A stretch of DNA of 64,000 nt from an uncultured Chloroflexia bacterium (lineage in GTDB: Bacteria; Chloroflexota; Anaerolineae; CG2-30-64-16). Made by a program: the position numbers and the translations under genes. Where the stretch lies: NCBI GenBank assembly GCA_963810095.1, contig CAWEMM010000002.1, positions 192,001 to 256,000 on the forward strand, in the 5' to 3' direction. The first letter of the stretch is position 1. Every line of letters begins with the position of its first letter. Shown piece after piece: positions 9,723 to 21,745 of this stretch. Under the pieces are notes generated by a model, which worked only from the letters and a program-made list of their open reading frames with translations, did not search any database and was not told where the DNA came from.

Positions 9723-10880
9723 CTACTGCAGCGAATCCGCCGCGTCCATCAGGACTCGCGAGTCGACCCGGCCCGTCAGCGCGTACAGCATGCCGTCTTT
9801 CTGCCAGATCAGGCTGCTTTCGCCCCGGCTTCGTCCGTTTACACCCTCCATGAGCAGACCCGTCACCCCATCGATCGTGACCTCGCGTGCTTGTACGGCA
9901 TCGGCCGGCAGCGGGATGACCAGGGTGGTCGTCCAGTCGATGCTGGCGGCCAAGCGCTTCGCATCCTCGGTCGGCATGCCCAGCAGCATGAAGGCGGATT
10001 CTGCGAGCGGCGTCGGGTTTAGTCCCTCGGGCAGATTGACGTGCGGGCTGGGCACCTGGACGAACTGCATCTTGGTCGCGCCCATCCCATACTCCTGCAT
10101 CGTGAAGTTCGCCACGTCGACATCCGCTGCGATCTTCTCAGTATCCGGCAGACCTTCTGTCGAAGCACCCGTGGCCTGCATCAGCGCAGCCAGGGTCGCG
10201 CGGTCCACCTCCATGTGCAAGGCCGGGCCGCTCTTTACGCTGAACTTCTGGAGGACTGCGCCTTGAGGCAGCCGCGACGGCGTACGCACGGCATAGCCGG
10301 CGAGCGAGGAGGCCTGGGCGGCGTCGCCGGCGGATTGCTCCGGGCCTTCTTCCCGCACGATCTGCGGCTTGCCCAAGGTCCCTTCGGCCTGGTTTGCCAG
10401 GTCGACCAGGCGGTTCATCTGCTGCTCGTTTAGCGGGATGACCGCGAACTTCTGAACGCGGAACAGGCTGAGGAAATCGGCCGCGGCCGTGCGTACAGGC
10501 GCAATGCTGAGTAACAGCGCCACCAACACGACCGCACCCAGTGCCGCCAGCGCGGGCCGCCAGCGCGGATCGCGTGCATTTCGCTTCGTCATGTCAAAAC
10601 TCCTCGTTACGTTCTTCCACCACCCCGCCGGGGTTGCGGCGGCAAGGCCGGCCGCCTCTGCCCGCCGGAAGCGCACGAGCGCGGCCTGGGGTGCGGGCGC
10701 GGCCGTCAGGCTTTCCAGCGCACCCAGGCCGGCCGATACGCTTGCCGCACGCCGCCCCAGCAGGTCGAGCCCGGCTGCGCACTCGGCGCACCGGTCTACG
10801 TGCGCCTTAACCCGCGCCATTTCCTCCGGTGCGAGTTCGCCGTCCAGAAAGGCCCGCAGATGAGCCGTTTCGTGTATCAT
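9723..10880 (-). CDS. Anti-sigma factor (zf-HC2, TM, extracellular DUF4367-like domain)
   Basis: HxxxCxxC (HVDRCAEC), single TM, C-terminal LIWQKDGMLYALTG; translationally coupled to the ECF sigma. Confidence 0.85.
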   Translation of the reverse strand: MIHETAHLRAFLDGELAPEEMARVKAHVDRCAECAAGLDLLGRRAASVSAGLGALESLTAAPAPQAALVRFRRAEAAGLAAATPAGWWKNVTRSFDMTKRNARDPRWRPALAALGAVVLVALLLSIAPVRTAAADFLSLFRVQKFAVIPLNEQQMNRLVDLANQAEGTLGKPQIVREEGPEQSAGDAAQASSLAGYAVRTPSRLPQGAVLQKFSVKSGPALHMEVDRATLAALMQATGASTEGLPDTEKIAADVDVANFTMQEYGMGATKMQFVQVPSPHVNLPEGLNPTPLAESAFMLLGMPTEDAKRLAASIDWTTTLVIPLPADAVQAREVTIDGVTGLLMEGVNGRSRGESSLIWQKDGMLYALTGRVDSRVLMDAADSLQ

Positions 10881-11443
10881 CGTTCCTCCTCCGCGTAAGC
10901 CTTCTCAAATGCCGCCTCTGCCCGGGCCAGCAGCGTACCGATTGATCCCGGTGCCAACGCCAGTGCCTCGGCCAGTTCCTTGTACGAAAGGCCGGCATGA
11001 CGCAACAGGAGCAGCTGCGCCTGTCGCTGCGGCAGCTTTAGCAGCGTTCGTCGCACCGCGAGCCGGCGTTCGACGACTTCCGCCACCTCGGCCGGATCGA
11101 CCTCGCTGCTGGGCACCCCGAACGCGCCGTCCTCGCGCCGCTGCCGCCGCCCCTGCCCCCTCGCACTGTTGTACGCGAGCCGCGTCACCACCTGGTACAG
11201 CCACGCACGCAGGCTTGCTTCAGCGGCGGTTTGCCAGACATTCGGCGACCGGTGCAGCCGCAGAAACGTCTCCTGCGCCAAGTCTTCAGCTTCTTCCCGC
11301 GTGCCGGCGATCCGGTACGCTAACCGGAACACGGCCTGGAAGTGGGCCAGGAACAGGGCGTCGAAGTCATTCGACAACGGTTGCTCTTCGGCTCGGGTCC
11401 GGCCACGCTGTTGCCCGGCCGGCTGAACGCTGACTGTGACCAT
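10877..11443 (-). CDS. ECF RNA polymerase sigma factor
   Basis: Region 2 AEDLAQETFLRL..AWLYQV; region 4 GLSYKELAEAL..GSIGTLLARA. Confidence 0.92.
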   Translation of the reverse strand: MVTVSVQPAGQQRGRTRAEEQPLSNDFDALFLAHFQAVFRLAYRIAGTREEAEDLAQETFLRLHRSPNVWQTAAEASLRAWLYQVVTRLAYNSARGQGRRQRREDGAFGVPSSEVDPAEVAEVVERRLAVRRTLLKLPQRQAQLLLLRHAGLSYKELAEALALAPGSIGTLLARAEAAFEKAYAEEER

Positions 11444-11477
11444 CCGGCGGCTTTCCTTGCAAGGTGGTTCCTACTCT

Positions 11478-11508
11478 ATTAAACACCGCTGCAAGGCACG
11501 ATGTGACA
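11478..11508 (-). promoter_or_regulatory. Candidate ECF autoregulatory promoter
   Basis: TGTCACA-N16-TGTTTAAT upstream of the ECF gene; spacing is typical of ECF promoters. Confidence 0.4.
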
Positions 11509-11520
11509 ACGAGGACGCGA

Positions 11521-11754
11521 TCAGCCTTGCCAGCCCGTGAAGGGCTGGTCGGCAACGACGCCGTCGGGCCCTTGCACGAGTTGGCGCACCCGCAGTTCGG
11601 CCCGATCGAGCAGCGCGTTGCACTGCTCGGCCAGTTGGATGCTGCGCTCAAAGAGTGCGAGCGATTCGGCCAGGGACAAATCCCCCGCTTCCAGCTTGCG
11701 GACCGTTTCGTCCAACTCGCCACAGAGTTCTTCGAATGTTCGTTCTTCGATCAT
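11521..11754 (-). CDS. xseB: Exodeoxyribonuclease VII small subunit
   Basis: TFEE...LEAGDLSLAESLALFERSIQL..C...LDRAELRV; GGAG RBS. Confidence 0.9.
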   Translation of the reverse strand: MIEERTFEELCGELDETVRKLEAGDLSLAESLALFERSIQLAEQCNALLDRAELRVRQLVQGPDGVVADQPFTGWQG

Positions 11755-11786
11755 AAAGGTCTCCGAGCCGTGTGCCCCCGGGTAGG

Positions 11787-12993
11787 TTATCCCGCGTTGA
11801 CTGTCGCGTCGAATGTGCCGTCGGCCACCCGAACCGTCACCAAATCGCCTCCGGCCACGTCGGCGATCGATCCGACAACCGCGCCCTCGCGCAGCACGAT
11901 GGCATAGCCCCGGTCGAGCACCCGAGCCGGGTCGAGGCGCGCCGAGCTGCAGCCGCACCCCGTCGAGCTGCATTCTGCGTTCCCGCAGGAGGTTCACGAT
12001 CGCAAGCTGCGAGCGCCGTGTCGTGTCGTCGACCCGCTGGCGGTTTTCGGCCAGGCGCCGGGCTGGGGATGCGCGCTGCGTGCGTCCGGCCAGGCGTGCC
12101 AGTTCATCCCGCTCGCCCGCGAGCCGCGCTTCGATTGCGCCGAGCGCTGCCTCGGCTGCCTCGACCACGCCGGGACGCAGCTCCCGCACGTCGGGCGTGC
12201 AGGCCGCCGCGGCTGCGGTGGGCGTCGGTGCCCGCAGGTCGGCGGTGAAGTCGGCGATGGTGAAGTCGGTTTCGTGTCCCACGCCGGTGACGATGGGCAC
12301 GGCCGACGCGACGATCGCCCGTGCGACCCGCTCGTCGTTGAAGGCCCACAACTCCTCGATCGAGCCGCCGCCCCGGGCGAGGATGATCACGTCCAGCCGG
12401 TCCCGCTCGGTCGACCAGCGATTGAGCAACTGGATCGCCGCGCAGATTGCTGGCGGGGCGTCCGCGCCCTGGACCGTGCAAGGCGCCAGCACGACGTCGG
12501 CCAATGGGTAGCGGGCGGACAGGGTGCGCAGGATGTCGCGCAGGGCCGCTGCGCTGGCAGAGGTGGCGACGCCGATGCGCTGCGGCTGCCGGGGTATCCC
12601 GCGTTTCCGCGTCTCGTCGAACAGCCCTTCTTCGGTCAGCCGGGCGCGCAGGCGCTCGAACTCCTGCCACAACTGCCCCGCGCCCGCGGCCTGCAGGCGG
12701 TCGACGTAGAACTGGTACGCGCCCTGGCTCTCGTAGACGGAGATGTAGCCGTGCGCGAGCACGGCGTCGCCGTCGCGCGGCAGGCTCAGGCCTCGGGCGG
12801 CGGTCCGCCAGATGACGCTCTTGAGACAAGCGTCGCCGTCCTTGAGCGTGAAATAGCAGTGTCCCGACGTGGCCTGCTTGAAGTTCGAGACCTCGCCGCT
12901 CACCCACACGTCGGCCAGCAGCGAGTCCATTGCGAACAGCGACTTGATGTAGGCCGTCACCTGGGAAACTGATAGCGTTTCACGCGCACTCAT
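11787..12993 (-). CDS. xseA: Exodeoxyribonuclease VII large subunit, frameshift near 11940
   Basis: GEVSNF..SGHCYFTLKD, ARGGGSIEELWAFN, GVGHETDFTIAD; the normal C-terminus LDPARVLDRGYAIV...NAG* continues in another frame to TAA at 11787. Confidence 0.92.
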
Positions 12994-13123
12994 CGGCCGG
13001 CGCCCCCGCAGTGTTCCATCCGCTCGTGCTGTGTTTGATCCATCGGCTTCGACTCTGATACAGGTGATTCATAGTCACGGCGAGAAGCACTTGCTGGAGT
13101 GTCTGGGCCGCCGCGCTATTTTA

Positions 13124-13438
13124 TCAAAGTATCGGCTTCTGGACCATCGCTGCCCCGCGGCGCAGCAACTCGACTGCCTGCCAGGCCAGGACGATGCTGC
13201 AGGCCGCCCAGAGTGCGCGCTCCCAGGCGGGCGTCGCGCCCCATAGCATGCTGACCGTGACCAGGATCAACCCGGCCGAAGCAGGAAGGCGGAAGGCAGG
13301 TGCGCGGAGTTGCTGGGCCAGGCGCGTGCCGTCCAGAGCGGCGCGCCAGCTGGCATGGCTGGCCGCCGCCAGCACGATCCCCAGTCCCGCAATCCACATC
13401 GCGTTCCGGGCAAGGCCGGCCCAGCCGATTGCGCTCAC
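13124..13438 (-). CDS. Small membrane protein (3 TM)
   Basis: GTG start overlaps the upstream TGA (GTGA); hydrophobic 104-aa product. Confidence 0.6.
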   Translation of the reverse strand: MSAIGWAGLARNAMWIAGLGIVLAAASHASWRAALDGTRLAQQLRAPAFRLPASAGLILVTVSMLWGATPAWERALWAACSIVLAWQAVELLRRGAAMVQKPIL

Positions 13439-14748
13439 GCTACTGGTCCCGGCCGCCGCGCGGATGGATCGTCTCGCGGTGTTTTGCGTAGGTTGTATGC
13501 GGCTGCGCACAGCCCCCAGAGTGCCCAAACGACCAGCGCCGAGTGCGCGCCCCAGACGGCCGCGTCGAGCAGGCCGTGGACCATCATCGCCACCTGACTG
13601 GCGAGAAGCCCGGCGCCGAGGCCGGCCGCCCACCGGTTACCCTCCCGCCGGCCTGACCGGTAAATCTGCCATGCGCTGAACGTCACGATGAACAGCAGGC
13701 CGAGCCATGCGATCAGGCCCGGGATGCCCAGGTCCAACGCTACCTGCAAGAAAAGGTTGTGTGCGTGGGGAATATCCGCGTCGGGACCCAACAGGAAAAA
13801 CGGAAAGAGCTTGTTGGTGACGTCGTGAAAGGCGCCCATCCCGATTCCCGTAAACGGAAAGGCACGCACCAGGTACAGGCCGCGGGTCCAAATCTCAAGC
13901 CGGCCCGGACCCCCGACAATCGCGCCGGTCGCGCTTAGCTTGTCGATCAATTGGCCGAGCCCGACCCGCCACAGCGCAAACCCGGCCAGTAGCGCGCTGA
14001 ACACGATGACGAGCCAGCCGCGGCGCCAGCGGAGCAGGCAAAGCAGGAGTACAGCGGCCGCACCCGCCAGCAGCGCGCCGCGGGACTTCGTCAGGACGAG
14101 GATCACGCCCATACTGGCGACCGCGCCGGCCATCGCGAAGCGTTCCCACTGCTGCATGCGGGACCCATCGAACAGGAGCAGGGCGAGCGGAATGGGCAGT
14201 GCCAGCACCAGCGCACCGGCCAGCACGTTCGGGTGAATGGGGTTCTCGGCAAGCAATGGGAGCCGGTCGTAGACTGTCTCGGGGATGACCGTCAACTTGA
14301 TGCTGGTGACCCACGTGACGGCGACCGGGGCGATCAGCGCGGCAGACAGGCCCGCCCCCACCAGGCATAGGACGATCGTGCGTTCCCGGCTGGCGCTAAC
14401 CATCCAGTTGGCGAAGGTGTAGTACACCACGATGCCCGACGCGAGCCAGAGCACCTGTTGCCGCGTGACATCGGGAAGCGGCGTGACCCACAGCGTGACC
14501 GGCAGCATGAGGACAAGGATGGCAACCGGCAGGTCGGCAGCGGTGCGCACAGTAAGGCGTCCCCATGCCACCCACCGGACAAGCCAGAAGAGCGCCGCAA
14601 TGGCCAGCGCCGGCGCCAACACGGCCGGCGCCATGAGGCCTGCGACGAGCAGCGGGCCCACCAGCCATAACTCGGCATCCGACAGCGCCCTGGCGAAGCC
14701 CCGGCTGCGCTCGAGTGCGCGGCCGATCGCAAGCTCAGTCGCTGCCAT
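13435..14748 (-). CDS. O-antigen ligase (Wzy_C) family protein
   Basis: HPNVLAG, LTKSRGA, RLEIW, PFTGIGMGAF, HAHNLFLQVALDLGIPGL. Confidence 0.9.
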   Translation of the reverse strand: MAATELAIGRALERSRGFARALSDAELWLVGPLLVAGLMAPAVLAPALAIAALFWLVRWVAWGRLTVRTAADLPVAILVLMLPVTLWVTPLPDVTRQQVLWLASGIVVYYTFANWMVSASRERTIVLCLVGAGLSAALIAPVAVTWVTSIKLTVIPETVYDRLPLLAENPIHPNVLAGALVLALPIPLALLLFDGSRMQQWERFAMAGAVASMGVILVLTKSRGALLAGAAAVLLLCLLRWRRGWLVIVFSALLAGFALWRVGLGQLIDKLSATGAIVGGPGRLEIWTRGLYLVRAFPFTGIGMGAFHDVTNKLFPFFLLGPDADIPHAHNLFLQVALDLGIPGLIAWLGLLFIVTFSAWQIYRSGRREGNRWAAGLGAGLLASQVAMMVHGLLDAAVWGAHSALVVWALWGLCAAAYNLRKTPRDDPSARRPGPVA

Positions 14749-14769
14749 CAGGGTATGCCTCCGGGGTCA

Positions 14770-15588
14770 TCATCTGAAGACCACCGTGCCTTGCCGGGGC
14801 GGATTCGTCCTGCTTGCGACCAAAGCGCGGCCCAACATTTCGTACGCCAGGTACTGCGGTCCGGCGCCGGTGTCCACGCTCGGGGGATACCGTGCGGCCG
14901 AGGCCCATGCCGCCTGCGCACAGTCCATTTTGTCCTCGTAATAGCACAGCAGGCCGCGATACAGCTCGCGCTGCGCCGACGGCGTCGGGTCGACCGCGAG
15001 CGCCCGCCGTATCATCTGGGCAGCCTTGTCCTGCTCGCCCAGTCGCCGCCAGTAGACAAACGCGGACGCGTAGTACGCTTTGGGGGCAGCCGGGTTGATC
15101 GTCGCGGAAAGCGAGTAATAGTAGAGGGCCTTCTGAGCGTCACCCGCGCTGTCGGCACGGTTGCCGAGCCTGTAGAAGTGGGCGGCCGCGTCCCGCGGCA
15201 GCGTCTCGAATTCGCGCGAGGCGTCCGCCTCCCGCCCCATGTCGTCGTACAGCTTGCCAATCAGAAAACGCCGCAAATCGGCGTGTTCGTCGCCGCTTCT
15301 GAAAGCCGTGACGGCTGCAGCAGTCTGGCCGAGTCCCGAGTACACCTGGCCGAGCCCGTAGGTTGCAGGTGCAGCTTGACAGCCAGCGACTAACGACTCG
15401 GAAAACCAGTGCTCCGCCGTCCTCAGCTGGGTGCGGGGAGGCGCCAGCGTCCCTTTTGCGAGATAAACATACCCCAGGTTCTCGTACAGACTGCATCTGT
15501 TCGGGGCAGCCGATACAAACCACACCAGCAGCGCGAGAACGGGGACCAGAAAAGCGCCCCCGAATATTATGCTGCGTTTACTACCCAT
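14770..15588 (-). CDS. Membrane-anchored TPR protein
   Basis: N-terminal TM, helical repeats (YGLGQVY, ALAVDP). Confidence 0.7.
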   Translation of the reverse strand: MGSKRSIIFGGAFLVPVLALLVWFVSAAPNRCSLYENLGYVYLAKGTLAPPRTQLRTAEHWFSESLVAGCQAAPATYGLGQVYSGLGQTAAAVTAFRSGDEHADLRRFLIGKLYDDMGREADASREFETLPRDAAAHFYRLGNRADSAGDAQKALYYYSLSATINPAAPKAYYASAFVYWRRLGEQDKAAQMIRRALAVDPTPSAQRELYRGLLCYYEDKMDCAQAAWASAARYPPSVDTGAGPQYLAYEMLGRALVASRTNPPRQGTVVFR

Positions 15589-15830
15589 TGCTTCCTGCCC
15601 GCTATTCCATCTCGATACGTCGTGAATTTGCCAAGCCGCCCACTTAAGTTTCGGTGGCCGGCGTGGCTATCTCAGCAAAAACGATATCAGCAGGCGAATG
15701 GTTCCACCCCTACTATCGTACGCGGGGATCGCTTATAATGGCGGTCCGCGTGTGCCAGCACAATGAGGGGCGCGATTTGGTGCTGTCATGCCAGCGGGCG
15801 AGATCGACGAAGTGCGGAGGAATTGGGGAG

Positions 15831-16226
15831 ATGGATATCAAGCGAAGTGGCTCACAGCCCTCGGGCAAAGGATCGGCGGAGTGGTTCGACGGCAGCGTGC
15901 GTGTGGACCCGTTATTCGAGGCGCCCGAGCCGGCGCGCGTCCGGGGGGCCAGCGTGACTTTCGAGCCCGGTGCGCGCACGGCATGGCACACCCATCCACT
16001 CGGCCAGACGCTCATCGTAACGTCGGGCTGCGGGCGGGCCCAGCGCTGGGGTGGCCCGATCGAGGAGATCCGGCCGGGCGACGTGGTGTGGTTCGCGCCA
16101 GGCGAGAAGCACTGGCATGGCGCGGCGCCCAGCACCGGGATGTCGCACATCGCAATCCAGGAGGCGCTCGATGGCAGGGCGGTCGACTGGCTGGAACACG
16201 TCAGCGACGCGCAATACGGCGGCTGA
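15831..16226 (+). CDS. Cupin domain protein
   Basis: [20 protein letters not shown] and GEKHWHGA cupin motifs; GGGGAG RBS; TATAAT at 15734. Confidence 0.92.
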   Translation: MDIKRSGSQPSGKGSAEWFDGSVRVDPLFEAPEPARVRGASVTFEPGARTAWHTHPLGQTLIVTSGCGRAQRWGGPIEEIRPGDVVWFAPGEKHWHGAAPSTGMSHIAIQEALDGRAVDWLEHVSDAQYGG

Positions 16227-16299
16227 TTGCTGGCAGAGCGGTTGGATAACCAAATGACGGTGGTTGGCAACCAATCTCAGACGGAGATGCTCGCGTTTG

Positions 16300-16350
16300 G
16301 GCCGGGGGCGCCGTTGGGCACGTGCCCAACGGCGCCCCCGGCCGGCTTTT
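16300..16350. terminator. 44-bp perfect palindrome, probable terminator or REP between convergent genes
   Basis: GGCCGGGGGCGCCGTTGGGCAC|GTGCCCAACGGCGCCCCCGGCC then GGCTTTT. Confidence 0.7.
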
Positions 16351-16351
16351 G

Positions 16352-17416
16352 TCAATGGAAGCTGGGCACCTGGAGGAAGAAGAACGCCAGCGCGAGGATG
16401 ACGTACAGCACCAGCAACTGGGCGCCTTCCAGCCAGTTGCTTTCGCCGTCCATAGCCACGAATGCGGCGATGATGCTGCCCGCAAACAGGGCCACGATCT
16501 CGAACTGGTTGAAGACGAGCGTCAACGGGTTGCCCAAAAGCAGGCTCACGAATACCAGCACCGGGGCCACGAACAGCGCGATCTGCAGGCTCGAGCCCAG
16601 CGACACGGCCATGCTCAGTTCCATCTTGTTTTTGAGCGCCGTCTGCACCGCGACCAGGTGCTCGGCCACGTTGCCAATCAGGGGCACGACGATAATGCCG
16701 ATGAAGAATTCGGACACGCCGAGCGCGGCGACCGTCGGCTCCACCGAAGCCACCAACAACTCGCTCAAGACCGCAATCAGCACGGTGGCGCCTAGCAAGT
16801 ACAGCACTGACTTCCGGATCGGCCAGGCGCCGTGATGTTCGGCCTGGGCTTCTTGTCCGAGTGCCGGCTCCGGATTGATGAAGCGGAAAGCAAACACCAG
16901 CCCCAGCACGTAGATGACCAGCATGGCAATGGCCGTGCCGATGCTGAGCGATTCGACCGGGCCATTTGTTTCCGTGTGGGCGAAGAAGAAGAGCGAGGGG
17001 ATCATCAGGGCCAACACGGCGAGGATCAATTGTACAGCGTTCGCGCCCGCTTGTGTCCGGTCGAAGCGCTGCACGCCGTTTTTCAGGCCGCCCGCCAGGA
17101 TGCTGAGGCCCATAACCAGGAGGATGTTGCCGAGGATCGAGCCGGTGATCGAGGCCTTCACCAGTTGCAGCAGGCCTGCACGGATGGCAAAGAGCGTGAT
17201 AATCAGTTCGGCGGCATTACCGAGCGTCGCGTTGAGCAGCCCGCCCACGCGCGGCCCGGTGTGGACGGCGAGTTCTTCTGTGGCCTGGCCGAGCAGCCCT
17301 GCGGTCGGGATCACGGCCAGCGACGAGGTGACGAAGATGATCGTCGGCGACCAGCCCAGGAATCGTCCCAGGATGGCGATCGGAGCGAAAATCAGCAGGA
17401 CGTTCAGATACTTCAC
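16352..17416 (-). CDS. cax: Calcium/proton antiporter (CAX family)
   Basis: Alpha-repeats GNAAE and GNVAEH, GSILGNILL, GSSLQIALF; GTG start after an AGAGGAG RBS. Confidence 0.92.
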   Translation of the reverse strand: MKYLNVLLIFAPIAILGRFLGWSPTIIFVTSSLAVIPTAGLLGQATEELAVHTGPRVGGLLNATLGNAAELIITLFAIRAGLLQLVKASITGSILGNILLVMGLSILAGGLKNGVQRFDRTQAGANAVQLILAVLALMIPSLFFFAHTETNGPVESLSIGTAIAMLVIYVLGLVFAFRFINPEPALGQEAQAEHHGAWPIRKSVLYLLGATVLIAVLSELLVASVEPTVAALGVSEFFIGIIVVPLIGNVAEHLVAVQTALKNKMELSMAVSLGSSLQIALFVAPVLVFVSLLLGNPLTLVFNQFEIVALFAGSIIAAFVAMDGESNWLEGAQLLVLYVILALAFFFLQVPSFH

Positions 17417-17430
17417 CTGGCGGCTCCTCT

Positions 17431-18471
17431 CTAGTAATGTTCCGGCCGGATTGCGTTTTGCACGTCGCGGGCGACCCGCTGCATCCACTCGACGGCCGTT
17501 TCCTTGGCGTCGCCTCGGGCTAGGCTCTCGCTGAAGAGGGTTGCCGGGGCCTGGGTCGGCGTCAACAGACGCAGCGCACGGGGCAGGCACTCGATCACGA
17601 CCGGCGTCTCCCCGACGAAGTCGCCGTCGATTTGCACGGGCATGGGCTTGCTGGTGGTTATCTCCAGGCGGCGCGCGCGATAGATATCTACTGCAGGGTC
17701 GTCTATGTGACGGTTGGCGAGCAGCCTGACGGCATGAAGCAAGGCGCGCCAGGGACTGTCGCCGCGGAACCCGTACAGATCGAAGCACCCGTCGTCGATT
17801 ACGGCATGCTGGGCCATGCGGAAGATGATCCCGTACAGCTGGATATTGTTGGCCACCAGCATGAGCATGCGGCGGCTGACGGGGTGCCCGTCCATGCGGA
17901 GGCGAAAGGGCGTGCCTCGGAAATCGCGCAGAATCAGGAAGCCGGACAGGGCGAACGCAAAGGGCCCCAGTTGCTTCTTGCGTACCGGATCATCCTTGAG
18001 CGTGCGGCTGATCTGGGCATCGAACCCCACGCCCGCCCATGCGAGGAAGTAGCGCTCAAGTCCGGGGCTCAGTGCCAGGCGGCCGACGTCTACGGCGCGC
18101 ACGTTGCCGCACAGGAGCATCCGGGCCGCCTCAATCAGGGGCTTGGGGTGCAGCGGTCCTGCAACCGGCAGCCCCAGTTGGCGGGCAAACACGTTGCCCG
18201 TGCCGCCCGGCAGAATTGCGAGGGCCGTGTCCGAATTCAGCAGACCCTCGGCGGCCACCCCGATGGTACCGTCGCCGCCCGACAGGAAGACCACGTCGCA
18301 TCCGAGGGCAACGGCTTCCTGCGCGAACACGGCCGCATCCCGTGGCCCGACAGCCGCCTTTGTCGCGACGACCTCGACGTTCTCCGTCTGGAGGAAGCGA
18401 ATCGTCTCGGCGATCTCTGCTTCTGAGTAATGGAGGCCCGCGGCGGGATTGTGAATGAAATAAGCCCTCAT
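17431..18471 (-). CDS. Diacylglycerol kinase family lipid kinase (YegS/BmrU-like)
   Basis: NPAAG, GGDGT, PGGTGNVFAR, QIDGD. Confidence 0.9.
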   Translation of the reverse strand: MRAYFIHNPAAGLHYSEAEIAETIRFLQTENVEVVATKAAVGPRDAAVFAQEAVALGCDVVFLSGGDGTIGVAAEGLLNSDTALAILPGGTGNVFARQLGLPVAGPLHPKPLIEAARMLLCGNVRAVDVGRLALSPGLERYFLAWAGVGFDAQISRTLKDDPVRKKQLGPFAFALSGFLILRDFRGTPFRLRMDGHPVSRRMLMLVANNIQLYGIIFRMAQHAVIDDGCFDLYGFRGDSPWRALLHAVRLLANRHIDDPAVDIYRARRLEITTSKPMPVQIDGDFVGETPVVIECLPRALRLLTPTQAPATLFSESLARGDAKETAVEWMQRVARDVQNAIRPEHY

Positions 18472-18487
18472 CGTGCGCCCGTCCCGC

Positions 18488-19501
18488 CTATGAGCTGCAT
18501 GGATATGCTGCAAGGAGTTGATCGACCGCGGAGTAGGGGTCGCTTTCCCGCTGCGCCACGCCTGCCGCCAGGCGGGCGAGATAGCCGGGCGGCAAGCGCC
18601 CCACGAACTCGGCCAGGAGTGCGTCCCGCAGGATGTGGTCAAGCTCGGCGGCCGCGCGCGCCTCTTCACGCCGGCCAAGCTGGCCGGTCGCGGCCAAATA
18701 CTCGGCGTGTCGCTCGATCCAGTCGCACAACACGTCGATGCCTTCCCCGCGCATTGCCACGGTCTTAATGATGGGTGGCAGCCAACTGCCATCGCCCTGG
18801 GCGCCCGGCTGTTGGTGTCCGTGTCCTCCAGCGCCCCCGGCCTTGTGGTGCGCGGTAGGGGCCGGCGCGAGACCCTGCATCATCTGCAGCGCCATGGCCG
18901 TATGATCGGCGCCTTCCCGGTCCGCTTTGTTGACGGCGAACACATCCGCGATTTCGAGCACACCCGCCTTGATGGCCTGGACCTCATCCCCTAAGCCGGG
19001 CGCCTCGACGACGATCGTGGTGTGCGCCGCACTGGCGATGTCGATCTCGGCCTGGCCGACTCCGACCGTCTCGATCAAAATCCGGTCAAACCCCGCTGCA
19101 TCAAGGACCGTCAGCACGTCGGCCGTGGTGCGCGCCAGGCCCCCGAGGCTGCCGCGGGTTGCCATGCTGCGGATGAAGACCCCCGGATCGCCGGCGAGGT
19201 CGCGGATGCGCACCCGGTCGCCCAATAGTGCGCCGCCCGAGAATGGGCTGGTGGGGTCGACGGCAATAATGCCAACCGTCTTGCCGCCGGCCCGATACAC
19301 CCGCGCCAGCGCGTTGACGAGCGTCGACTTGCCCGTGCCAGGCGCGCCGGTGACGCCGACGATGTGGGCCCGGCCGGTGTGCGGGAAGAGCGCGGCCAGC
19401 AGCTCACGACTGCTCGGCGTCTGATCTTCGACCTCCGAGATCGTGCGCGCAAGGGCTCGGCGGCTGCCGGCCAGCAAGGGTTCGACGAGTTCTGTCCCCA
19501 T
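18488..19501 (-). CDS. meaB: Mutase-associated GTPase MeaB
   Basis: GAPGTGKST, VDPTSPFSGGALLGDRVR, ETVGVGQ, NKAD. Confidence 0.95.
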   Translation of the reverse strand: MGTELVEPLLAGSRRALARTISEVEDQTPSSRELLAALFPHTGRAHIVGVTGAPGTGKSTLVNALARVYRAGGKTVGIIAVDPTSPFSGGALLGDRVRIRDLAGDPGVFIRSMATRGSLGGLARTTADVLTVLDAAGFDRILIETVGVGQAEIDIASAAHTTIVVEAPGLGDEVQAIKAGVLEIADVFAVNKADREGADHTAMALQMMQGLAPAPTAHHKAGGAGGHGHQQPGAQGDGSWLPPIIKTVAMRGEGIDVLCDWIERHAEYLAATGQLGRREEARAAAELDHILRDALLAEFVGRLPPGYLARLAAGVAQRESDPYSAVDQLLAAYPCSS

Positions 19502-19502
19502 G

Positions 19503-19913
19503 CTAAGCGCTCGCCGGCTGGCCCGCTTCCCGGCGAACGAAGTCGATAATATCCTGCGTGCTCGTGCCTGGCCCGAAGACGCCTTTGACGCCCATGGTTC
19601 TCAGGGGCTCGACATCCTCATCCGGGATAATCCCGCCGAGCAGCACGACCACGTCGTCGAGCCCGTTGGCCCGGAGCAACTCGATGATGCGCGGGCAGAG
19701 CGCCATGTGCGCGCCCGAAAGGATCGAGAGCCCCACGACGTCGACGTCCTCCTGCAGCGCGGCCTCGGCAATCATCTCGGGCGTCTGCCGGATGCCCGTG
19801 TAGATGACCTCCATCCCGGCGTCGCGCAGCGCGCGGGCGACCACCTTGGCCCCGCGATCATGCCCGTCTAGCCCTGGCTTGGCCACCAGGACCCGAATCT
19901 TGCGGTCGGTCAT
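19503..19913 (-). CDS. Acyl-CoA mutase small (B12-binding) subunit
   Basis: GLDGHDRG (DxHxxG), SILSGAH, GGIIP. Confidence 0.95.
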   Translation of the reverse strand: MTDRKIRVLVAKPGLDGHDRGAKVVARALRDAGMEVIYTGIRQTPEMIAEAALQEDVDVVGLSILSGAHMALCPRIIELLRANGLDDVVVLLGGIIPDEDVEPLRTMGVKGVFGPGTSTQDIIDFVRREAGQPASA

Positions 19914-20065
19914 TACGATTCCTCGCTCCTCACTCTATGGTGGGCGGCACGGCGAACCGGCCTGCCAGACGTCAGAACCCAAGGTGAATGTGGCACCCCG
20001 GCTGGGCGCTGACTGCGGCGCCTCCACCAGCACCGTCGCATTTTATTACAACACTGCCGGCTTCG

Positions 20066-21745
<1,680 letters not shown>

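Noticed and set aside
11521-12993. Apparent XseA-XseB fusion (490-aa ORF)
   Set aside because: The normal XseA C-terminus and stop exist in another frame and xseB has its own RBS and ATG; one indel near 11940 explains it.
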